Below, piece after piece: positions 38,488 to 46,294 of a DNA stretch of 64,000 nt. Every line of letters begins with the position of its first letter. The stretch's first letter is position 1. The notes below the pieces were generated by a model. The model was given only the letters and a program-made list of their open reading frames with translations, was not told the DNA's origin and did no database searches. Origin of the DNA: an uncultured Gemmatimonadales bacterium (GTDB lineage Bacteria; Gemmatimonadota; Gemmatimonadetes; Longimicrobiales; RSA9); contig CAWCRS010000003.1 in the NCBI GenBank assembly GCA_963798085.1, positions 704,001 through 768,000 on the forward strand. Direction: 5' to 3'. Both the position numbers and the translations under genes were made by a program.

Positions 38488-38798
38488 TGGCCGCCTCCGG
38501 GGTTCTGCTGCTGCGATGGCAGCTTGTCGACCAGCTGGCGATACAGCGCATCACCGATCCGGTGCTGCTTCACGGCGGCCGCCTCGGCGACGTGCTCGTC
38601 CATCATGCTCGTGAACATGGCTTCGCCTTCGCCGCCGTCGAGCGCGCCGTCCTGTGGCACCGTGTCGCGCATGGCCTTGAACAGCTGTTCCATGAACACA
38701 CCCTCCAGCTGGCTCGTCGCCTTGCGCAGCCGGGCCTTGTCATCATCCGGTCCGCCGGCACCCAAACCCGGCGTTAGCGAGTCGAGTGGGCGGATCAT
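38484..38798 (-). CDS. flgJ: FlgJ rod-binding domain only (in frame with flgI as sequenced)
   Basis: LRKATSQLEGVFMEQLFKAMRDTV...FTSMMDEHVA...IGDALYRQL; no hydrolase domain. Confidence 0.82.
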   Translation of the reverse strand: MIRPLDSLTPGLGAGGPDDDKARLRKATSQLEGVFMEQLFKAMRDTVPQDGALDGGEGEAMFTSMMDEHVAEAAAVKQHRIGDALYRQLVDKLPSQQQNPGGGQ

Positions 38799-39833
38799 TC
38801 GGACTTTCACCTCCGCCGTCAGCGCGCCCACGCGGTGCAGCGATTCGAAGATCGCCGCGATCACCGGTGCGGGTGCACCTACGGCCTGCAGCGCGGACGC
38901 GACATCCTGCACACTCGCGCCTGGCGCCACTCGTACTTCGCCGGCCGCAGGCTGATCCGTACGGGTCGCGCCCACGGTCAGGGTCAGGCCGCCGTGGCTC
39001 ACCACGCCCGGCCCCACTGTCACTTCGCCACCAACCACGACCGTGCCGTCGCGTGTATCCACCAGCACCGTCGCCGCGGCGTCGCGCTTCACGCGCAGGT
39101 CCGCGATCTTCGCCAGTGTCACCGCAGTGCCACCGGCCGAGTCCTTCAGCGTCAGAGCCACCGCGCCGGGGTCTTCCACCTGCGCGCTGTTCTCGCCGAT
39201 CGCCGTGTTGATCGCTTCCGCGATTTTCACGGCGGTCCCTATGTTCGGCTCACGCAGCAGCAACCTTGAGGGCGAAGTGACGGCCGGTTTGGGCAGGTCT
39301 GCCAGCAGCAGCGCGCCATCCGGAATTCTCGCCGTCGTTTCCACGCTGTAGCCGCCGCGCGCAACTTCGCCCTCGCTCAGCAGTAACGGTCCCTGCGCCG
39401 TGGCCACGGCGGGACTGCCGGGATCGAAGACGAGTGGCGTCGCCCAGAGCACACCGCCGCGCAGGGAAGAGGCATCGCCCACGGAGGCGACGTGCACCTC
39501 GAAGCGACCGCCCGGCCGCAGGAACGGCGAGGCCTCCGCCGTGACCAGCACGGCGGCGACGTTGCGCGTGCGCAGCACTTCCGCCGGCACCTCGATGCCG
39601 AAGTTGCGCAGCAGGTTCACGACGGACTGCACGGTGTGCCGCGCGCCGAAGCTGCCAATGGCGCGATCGCCTGTGCCGTCCAGACCCACGACCAGGCCGT
39701 AGCCGACGACGCGCACCGGCACGTTCACGTCGGTTATGGCCAGATCGCCAATGCGCGCGTCCTGCGCGCGTGCCTCGCTGCCGCCTGCAATGAGGGCGGC
39801 CGCGAGCACAACGGGGAGAAGCGTTTGCCTCAT
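38799..39833 (-). CDS. flgI: P-ring protein FlgI
   Basis: GYGLVVGLDGTGD, NVAAVLVTA, GDASSLRGGVL, GALTAEV. Confidence 0.95.
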
Positions 39834-40474
39834 GGCCAGAGCATTCCCAGGATGCGGGCGAAGATTCCCTGCTTCGGCTTGCCCAGATCGCCCTTGGATT
39901 CGTACGCCAACTCGGCGTTAGCCAGACGCCACGACTCGACAATGTTGCGGGCCGAAATGTCCTGCGCGCGTACCCAGCCCGTGATGGTGACCTTCTGCAC
40001 CGCCTTGTCCAGCTTCAGCGTGCGCGTGCCTTCGATCTTCAGCAGACCGCCCGGCTCGACCGAGACCACGCGCGCCGAAAGCTCGGTGGTCAGGCCGTCG
40101 CGCCGGTCCGCCTGCCCCTTCACATTGGACGAATTGTCCAGCGATGTGCGGAAATCGACGTTCTTCTGCGTGCCGCTGGGCAGATTCGCGCCCAGGCTGC
40201 CTGTCGTGGAGCGGCCCGCCTGATCGACGTTGGACTTCTGTGCCAATGCGATCGTCTGCGCATCCACGAGCAGCGTCACCACATCGCCCACGCGGAAATC
40301 GCGGCGGTCCGTGGTCCAGTTGCCCAGGCCCGGCCGCAGCGCGGGCTTCGTGCTGTCCGCCTGCTGCGTGGCCGCCTGTCCGCCCGTCTGTCCCGCGGCC
40401 TGCGCCCTTGCGGGCGAGGCGCTTGCGGACAGTGCTGTCAGCAGCAGCAGCCAGCGTCCTGCGTGCCTGCTCAT
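39830..40474 (-). CDS. flgH: L-ring protein FlgH
   Basis: DRRDFRVGDVVTLLV, SARVVSVEPGGLLKIEG, ITGWVRAQDI, SWRLANAEL. Confidence 0.9.
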   Translation of the reverse strand: MSRHAGRWLLLLTALSASASPARAQAAGQTGGQAATQQADSTKPALRPGLGNWTTDRRDFRVGDVVTLLVDAQTIALAQKSNVDQAGRSTTGSLGANLPSGTQKNVDFRTSLDNSSNVKGQADRRDGLTTELSARVVSVEPGGLLKIEGTRTLKLDKAVQKVTITGWVRAQDISARNIVESWRLANAELAYESKGDLGKPKQGIFARILGMLWP

Positions 40475-41214
40475 GTGTCCTCCCTGAGGTTGCCGCGACC
40501 GCCTTCATTGCCTGCATGGTCCGCGCTGGCCGGTCCCTGCCGCACGACACCGGGCGCGATGACCGTACCTTCGAGCAGTCTGCCCGTCGCCGCGCGCACC
40601 GAAACCCGTCCGCCCAGCGGCGCCGCACCCGCGGCCCGGCCGGACAGTGTGATGGTGACCTGTCCACGTGTCACGATGAGCTGCACGGTATCACCCGGCC
40701 GCACCGCCAGCGGCGGCTCCACCGCGGGCGAGCGCAACGGCTCTCCCGCGCTGATGCGACGCTTCACGGTCCACCCTGAGACTGGCTCCGTGGTAGTGCG
40801 GGGTGGCCCCCATTGCAGCTCGCTGTCCAGCCGCATGTCTGCGGCGCTCAGTGTGGCGCCGCGCTCGAGGTCGTGGGCCGCCACCTGCACGGTGGCCAGC
40901 ACACCGGCGCGCACCAGCAGCCGCTTCTCGACGCCGGCCGCAGTGCAGGCGACGATCCAGGTACCGTCCTGGCCGTCGCCCAGAAGCCGCACTGCGTCCG
41001 CCGCTGCCGGCCATTGCGCCGGGGGCGAAGGTTCGACGCGCACGCGTGCGGCGGCCACGCCCCAGCGCGCCGCCACCGCCTGCGCCACTGCCTCGGCAAT
41101 GGCCAGACCGGCCGGTGCCCCGGCGGGCCGGACCGCATCGCCTGCATCCTGCGCGCGCAGCGGTCCGCCGGCCAGCAGCAGCACGGCAAATAGCGTGTTA
41201 GCGAAGCAGCGCAT
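40471..41214 (-). CDS. flgA: P-ring assembly chaperone FlgA
   Basis: SAF-like VAAHDLERGATLSAAD; VRPGDTVQL...ITLSGRA...GGRVSV; lies between flgG and flgH. Confidence 0.85.
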   Translation of the reverse strand: MRCFANTLFAVLLLAGGPLRAQDAGDAVRPAGAPAGLAIAEAVAQAVAARWGVAAARVRVEPSPPAQWPAAADAVRLLGDGQDGTWIVACTAAGVEKRLLVRAGVLATVQVAAHDLERGATLSAADMRLDSELQWGPPRTTTEPVSGWTVKRRISAGEPLRSPAVEPPLAVRPGDTVQLIVTRGQVTITLSGRAAGAAPLGGRVSVRAATGRLLEGTVIAPGVVRQGPASADHAGNEGGRGNLREDT

Positions 41215-41986
41215 TCGTCTCCTGTGACATGTCATCGCCCGCCTTCACCGCCTTGGAGTTGACCTCGTAGGCGCGCAGGGCCGCGATCATGTCGACCATT
41301 TCCTGCACCACTTCCACGTTGCTGGCCTCGAGCGAGCCCTGGATCAGGCGGCCGAAGCCGTTCTCCTGGGGCAGTCCCTCGGTCGGCTCACCGGACGCGA
41401 CGGTCTGCACGAACAGGTTCTCACCCATGGCGCGCAGACCCGTGGGATTGGCGAAGCGCACCAGCGAGAGGCGGCCCAGCTCGACGGGATTGGCGACGTC
41501 ACTGGTCACGGCCGTGATGACGCCGGTCTGTGAGACCGAGACCTCGCGTGCATCGGGCGGCAGGGTAATGCCGGGCTCGACGATGTAGCCGCCGTGTGTG
41601 ACGATGGTGCCCTGGTCGGACACCGAGAGGTTGCCATCGCGCGTGTAGGCCTGCGTGCCGTCCGGCATGGTGACGGCGAAGAAGCCTTCGCCATCAATGG
41701 CCAGGTCCAGCGGCCGGCCCGTCTGCTCGAGTGCGCCCTGCTCATCGATGCGCTGCACCGCGGCCAGCCGCGTGCCTCGCCCGATCTGCACGGCTTCCGT
41801 GGTCTGTGCGGCGCTGCCGCCCACGGTGGCCGGCGCTTCGACCATCTGATAGAGCAGATCCTCGAAGTGCGCGCGGCTGCGCTTGAAGCCGGTCGTGTTC
41901 ACGTTTGCCAGGTTGTTGGCGATCACTTCGACGCGCAGCTGCTGCGCCGTCATGCCGGTGGCCGCCGTGCGAAGTCCTGGATCCAT
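41198..41986 (-). CDS. flgG: Distal rod protein FlgG
   Basis: IANNLANVNTTGFK, FEDLLYQ, DLAIDGEGFF, YTRDG, LEASNVEVVQEMVDMI. Confidence 0.97.
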   Translation of the reverse strand: MDPGLRTAATGMTAQQLRVEVIANNLANVNTTGFKRSRAHFEDLLYQMVEAPATVGGSAAQTTEAVQIGRGTRLAAVQRIDEQGALEQTGRPLDLAIDGEGFFAVTMPDGTQAYTRDGNLSVSDQGTIVTHGGYIVEPGITLPPDAREVSVSQTGVITAVTSDVANPVELGRLSLVRFANPTGLRAMGENLFVQTVASGEPTEGLPQENGFGRLIQGSLEASNVEVVQEMVDMIAALRAYEVNSKAVKAGDDMSQETNALLR

Positions 41987-42020
41987 GGCTCTCGTCCTCT
42001 GGTTGCCGGTACGGTCGCGA

Positions 42021-42722
42021 TCAGCCCACACGGCCAATGCGGTTGACGACGGTGTCCATGACGCCGTCGAGCGTGCGCACGCCGCCCAGGACCGAGGCGT
42101 AGGCGCGCTGGATCGTGATCAGCTCGACCATGGAGTCGAGTGTGTTGGTGTTGCTGTCTTCGAGGTGGCCCTGGCGTACGCCCGAGTCCGGTCCCTTGAT
42201 CGGCGTGGTCGGCCCCCTGGCGACGTAGAGGGAGCCCGCCTGGTGCTCCAGCTGATCCATCGAGCCCACGGACTCGATGCGCAGCCGTCCCAGCCTGTTG
42301 CCGTTGGCGCGCACCGTGCCGTCCTGCTCGATGGCGAGGGTCGCGCCCTCGGGCACGGTGATGGGGCCGTCCTCCCCTAACAGTGCGTTACCGGATGTGT
42401 CGACAATGCGGCTCCGGTCATCCAGCTGGAAGCCGCCGCCGCGCGTCAGGCGCTCGCCCTGCGGTGTGGAGACGACGAAGAAGCGGTCGTCACCCACGAG
42501 CGCGAGGTCGAGCGGATTGCCGGTGGGGCGCAGCCCGCCACTGCGCGCATCCGTGCGCGCGCCAATGTCGACGGTTGCGTCCCCCAGCAGTCGCGCAAAC
42601 ACCCGCTCAGCCTTGAAGCCTGGTGTCTCCGCGTTGGCCAGGTTGTTGGTGGCGACCTGCTGACGCAGCTCCCAGTAGCGGAGCGCTGCGGCCGCGTCGC
42701 CCAGTGATCCGGGTCCGTTCAT
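42021..42722 (-). CDS. flgF: Proximal rod protein FlgF
   Basis: NNLANAETPGFK, TGNPLDLAL, LTRGG, LEDSNTNTLDSMVELITIQRAY; upstream of flgG. Confidence 0.88.
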   Translation of the reverse strand: MNGPGSLGDAAAALRYWELRQQVATNNLANAETPGFKAERVFARLLGDATVDIGARTDARSGGLRPTGNPLDLALVGDDRFFVVSTPQGERLTRGGGFQLDDRSRIVDTSGNALLGEDGPITVPEGATLAIEQDGTVRANGNRLGRLRIESVGSMDQLEHQAGSLYVARGPTTPIKGPDSGVRQGHLEDSNTNTLDSMVELITIQRAYASVLGGVRTLDGVMDTVVNRIGRVG

Positions 42723-42747
42723 CGTGATCCTCCCGGTGAGGCAGGGG

Positions 42748-42762
42748 GCAACGGTCGTGCCA
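42748..42762 (-). promoter_or_regulatory. Sigma54 promoter for the flgF-csrA operon
   Basis: Perfect TGGCAC-N5-TTGC about 25 bp upstream of the flgF ATG, followed by a GGGAGG RBS. Confidence 0.85.
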
Positions 42763-42802
42763 TTGCGCAGGGTTCTCGCCGCATCAGCCATCCCTCGCCA
42801 TA

Positions 42803-43933
42803 TCAGTGTGTTAGAGCAGTTGCCGCAGTCCTGGCCTGACCCTGCCGCGGCCCCCGTCGAGGGGAAGTTTCTGCCGCAACCGGCAGCTTTGGCCGACCCG
42901 TCACCAGCAGCACGGCCGCGTCACGCGGCAGTCCGGTCTGGCGTGCAATGGCCTCCGCGTCCAGCCCCTTCTGCGCCAGTGTGCGCGCCGCCCACACGCG
43001 CGCGTCCGCATTGATGGCGGCGGCCGGCACTGCCGTCGACCGCCGTGGCCGCCGCAGCCAGGTCACGCCCAGAGCCAGCAGCGCGAGCGCGATGGCGCCC
43101 GAGACAATGGGCAGAACGGGCAGCCTGCCCGGCACGGTCGCGATGCGCCTCGCCGCGGCCGCGAGGGTCGAGCCTGCTGCGCGTATGGCCCGTGTCAGCC
43201 GCGCGGGCACGCTGCGCAGTGTTGCCAGCACCGTGGCTGTCGCGCTGCTGCGTGTGGGCGCTGCCTGCTGTGGCGGCTGACCCTGCGTGGCGCCCGCCCT
43301 GCCCTGCATCCCGCTGTTCGGGTTGTCGGTCGCTTCCCTGCCGGACCCGGCCGAGCGGGCGGCGGCGCGGGCCGCGGTAACGGGCAGCACCGGTGTTATT
43401 GCAGTGTTAGCACGGCCGCTGCTGTCGGGTTCGAGCCAGAGGCTGGCGCCGGCGTCGTCGTCTATCATGCCATAGGCGCGCAGGCCGGGCGCATCCACGA
43501 TGAGGCGCAGCGTGTCGGCGCTCGTTTCCGCGTTGAGCGCCAGCAGACCGGCCGCGCTCACGGCTGCTTCATCCGCGGCGGCGGGTGCCGGTGTGCCCGT
43601 GAGGGTGACATAGAGACGGACCCGGCCTTCGAGCAGGAACGGCTCGCTCAGCACGGGCAGGGCGCTGGTGTGCATGCCGGTGTGCACGTAGACGCGGTCC
43701 GCGTCGCGTTCCACGCGCAGCCGTGCCGTGGCGGGTGCCCCGCCCGAGCGATGCGTCGCGGCCGGGACGGGCGCCGGCGGCACGTGCACCCTGATGTGCG
43801 GCATGGCAATGACGGGCAGGCCCACACCGAGCGTGTCCTGCGCCGCCAGCTGTGCCGCCAGGCAGCAGAGTGCGGTAATGGCCAGCAGTGCCACGCGCGT
43901 GGCGAGGCCGGTGGCAGATTCGTGCTTCCGCAT
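42803..43933 (-). CDS. Membrane protein after fliA: signal peptide, periplasmic domain, TM helix and SwrB/DUF2802-like cytoplasmic tail
   Basis: Hydrophobic N-terminus; late TM VLPIVSGAIALALLALGVTWL; tail ARTLAQKGLDAEAIARQTGLPRDAAVLL; coupled to the fliA stop. Confidence 0.55.
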   Translation of the reverse strand: MRKHESATGLATRVALLAITALCCLAAQLAAQDTLGVGLPVIAMPHIRVHVPPAPVPAATHRSGGAPATARLRVERDADRVYVHTGMHTSALPVLSEPFLLEGRVRLYVTLTGTPAPAAADEAAVSAAGLLALNAETSADTLRLIVDAPGLRAYGMIDDDAGASLWLEPDSSGRANTAITPVLPVTAARAAARSAGSGREATDNPNSGMQGRAGATQGQPPQQAAPTRSSATATVLATLRSVPARLTRAIRAAGSTLAAAARRIATVPGRLPVLPIVSGAIALALLALGVTWLRRPRRSTAVPAAAINADARVWAARTLAQKGLDAEAIARQTGLPRDAAVLLVTGRPKLPVAAETSPRRGPRQGQARTAATALTH

Positions 43934-44706
43934 CAGTCTTCCTCCCGCAGGTGGCGCATGCGCGTGCGCAGCGTCTTCAGCGCCTTGGTGCGGATCTGTG
44001 ATACGCGTGATTCGGTGATGCCCAGGACTTCCGCGATCTGGCGCAGCTTCAGCTCGTCGTAGTAGTAGAGCATGAGCACGATGCGCTCGCGGTCGCCCAG
44101 CTTGAGGAACTCGCGGCGCATGGCCAGCCGCTCTTCGTCGAAGCCGATGCGCTCGTCCACTTCATCGCCGGAAGCGCCCGCGATCAGCTCGCCGATCGTG
44201 GGGCCTTCGCCTTCCGCGTTGCGTGTGGGCTGGTCCAGCGACACCTGCGATGCGCGGCGTGCGGCGGACTTCCAGCGGTGCAGCGTTTCCAGATCGATCT
44301 GCATGCGCTCGGCCGTCTGCCGGGCGCTGACCTCGCCGTCCTGCTCCGCCGCCACCTCGCGCTCGGCGCGCGCGATCAGGCGCTGGCGCTTGCGCACGGT
44401 GCGTGCGGCAATGTCGGACCTGCGCAGGTCATCGATGATGGCGCCCCGTATGCGCGGCACGGCGAAGGTGCTGAACGCGAGGCCGCGCTCGGGCTCGTAG
44501 GTGTCGATCGCGCCGAGCAGGCCGATGCAGCCGGCATTCACCAGGTCGTCCAGCTGCACATTGCCGCTCAAACGCCGCATTATGGTGCGCGCCACGTGGT
44601 AGACGAGGGGCAGATGCTTTTCCACTATGCGATCGCGTGTCCCCGCATTGCGCGAGGCCACGTAGTCATTCCAGAGCGTCGTCGCTTCCGATTCCATGTT
44701 CTGCAT
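43933..44706 (-). CDS. fliA: Flagellar sigma factor sigma28
   Basis: DDLVNAGCIGLL, FSTFAVPRIRGAIIDDLR, YYYDELKLRQIAEVLGITESRVSQI. Confidence 0.95.
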   Translation of the reverse strand: MQNMESEATTLWNDYVASRNAGTRDRIVEKHLPLVYHVARTIMRRLSGNVQLDDLVNAGCIGLLGAIDTYEPERGLAFSTFAVPRIRGAIIDDLRRSDIAARTVRKRQRLIARAEREVAAEQDGEVSARQTAERMQIDLETLHRWKSAARRASQVSLDQPTRNAEGEGPTIGELIAGASGDEVDERIGFDEERLAMRREFLKLGDRERIVLMLYYYDELKLRQIAEVLGITESRVSQIRTKALKTLRTRMRHLREED

Positions 44707-45509
44707 CAGGTCACGTGCAGGGGCGCGAAGCTGCGTCGCGCGGGCCGGCCCAGCAGCAGTTCAGCGAGCAGGCGGGCAGCCAGTCTCGCGGGACCATCCG
44801 TGGTGGCGGGGGACTGTCCGGTTTCGGTGGCCGAGCGCAGCGCTCCATCTTCCGGAATCACGCCGGCCGGCGTCACCGTACGACTGAGGAACTCCTCGAC
44901 ACCGGCGGCCACCGCGGCGAACGCGGCACTGCCTTCCGCCGGATCACAGCGGTTGAACAGCACCGCGACCGGCAGCGCCGTGAACTTCTCGCTCACGTAC
45001 TTGACGAGCGCGTAGGTGGCCACGGTGCTGAGACGGTCGTGGCTGCCCACGGCGAGGAAGATGCCGGCGCCCGCGGGCACGGCCGCACCCACCGCCTCGC
45101 AGGTTGCGCCCGCATCGACCACGACGAACGCGTAGTCGTCGTAGCGGGTGGCAATGCGGCGCAGTGCGGCCCGCCGTTCGCCGGTGCTCAGCTGCCCGCC
45201 TGCCTCCACGCTGACGAGGGTCAGGTGGGGCGAGAGCGTGCGGTACGCGGGTAACCCTGCGTTAGCATCGTCGCCTGCCATGACCGGCAGACCCAGCAGC
45301 GAGCTGATGGAGCTGCCCGAGGGCGAGGCATTGACGAGCAGCGTGTCGCGACCGAGCTGGGCGCCGCCCATGGCTACGAGCGTGCTTACGGTGGACACGC
45401 CCACGCCGCCCTTGCCGCCGCCCACGACGACCGCCTGCGTGACCGGGCGCCACGCACCGGTCGGGCGGGCGCCAACGAAGGCGCGCAGTGTTTCCAGCTG
45501 GCGACTCAT
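44706..45509 (-). CDS. flhG: FlhG/FleN-like MinD-family protein with degenerate motifs
   Basis: GGKGGVGVST, VVVDAGA, TYALVK, GVIPED; lies between flhF and fliA. Confidence 0.72.
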   Translation of the reverse strand: MSRQLETLRAFVGARPTGAWRPVTQAVVVGGGKGGVGVSTVSTLVAMGGAQLGRDTLLVNASPSGSSISSLLGLPVMAGDDANAGLPAYRTLSPHLTLVSVEAGGQLSTGERRAALRRIATRYDDYAFVVVDAGATCEAVGAAVPAGAGIFLAVGSHDRLSTVATYALVKYVSEKFTALPVAVLFNRCDPAEGSAAFAAVAAGVEEFLSRTVTPAGVIPEDGALRSATETGQSPATTDGPARLAARLLAELLLGRPARRSFAPLHVT

Positions 45510-46294
45510 GGCCGGCTCACCGCGTTCACGGTGCGTGCCTGGCGCCGTACGGCTGCAGGCCTGGCCGCGGCCAGGTCATCGGGAACGCCGGGACCGTCGC
45601 TGAGCCAGCGCGCGGGCAGCGCCAGCGCTTCCGCCAGCTCGGTCACGCCCGCGCGGCCCGGCACTTCATTGAGCATGGTGAGCAGCGCGTGTGTGGGCCG
45701 GCAGCGGCGCAGTGCGTCGCGCATGGCGACGGCCACGTCGGCGCGCATGCTCGCGGGAATCACGAGGTGCACTTCGTCGGCCTGCAGTGCGGCGAGCGAC
45801 GCCTGCCAGTCGAGATCCAGCACACCGCGGAGTCCGCGTCCGGGGGTGTCCACGATCACGACATCGCAATCACTCAACCGGTGCATCGCCTGACTCACGC
45901 CGGCGGCGTCGTACGCCACTTCCAGCGGCAGTCCCACGATCTCGGCAAACACCTGCAGCTGTTCCACCGCGGCCGCGCGGTAGGTATCGAGCGTCAGCAG
46001 ACCCACGCTGCGGCCGGCAAAACCCGCGCTGTGCAGGGCCAGCTTCACGGCGGTGGTGGTCTTGCCCGCGCCGGGTGGACCAATGAGTGCGACGACGTAC
46101 ACGCCGCGTTCCTGGCGCAGCTGCTCGCCGGCTTCTTCCGCGAGTGCCGCGGGTGCGGCCATCACCTCGTAGCCGGACCGTCCGGTTTCGGCGGGGCCGC
46201 GCACGGAGACGATGACGACGTCGTCGCCCAGCGCCTGCCGTGCTTCCTCGAGCAGCCGCGTCAGATCGGGGCCGCGAAAGATTTCAGCCTGCAT
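45506..46294 (-). CDS. flhF: Short FlhF SRP-family GTPase
   Basis: N-terminal ARQALGDDVVIV; GPPGAGKTTTAVKLA, DTYRAAAVEQL, DTPGR, GVPDDL. Confidence 0.85.
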   Translation of the reverse strand: MQAEIFRGPDLTRLLEEARQALGDDVVIVSVRGPAETGRSGYEVMAAPAALAEEAGEQLRQERGVYVVALIGPPGAGKTTTAVKLALHSAGFAGRSVGLLTLDTYRAAAVEQLQVFAEIVGLPLEVAYDAAGVSQAMHRLSDCDVVIVDTPGRGLRGVLDLDWQASLAALQADEVHLVIPASMRADVAVAMRDALRRCRPTHALLTMLNEVPGRAGVTELAEALALPARWLSDGPGVPDDLAAARPAAVRRQARTVNAVSRP

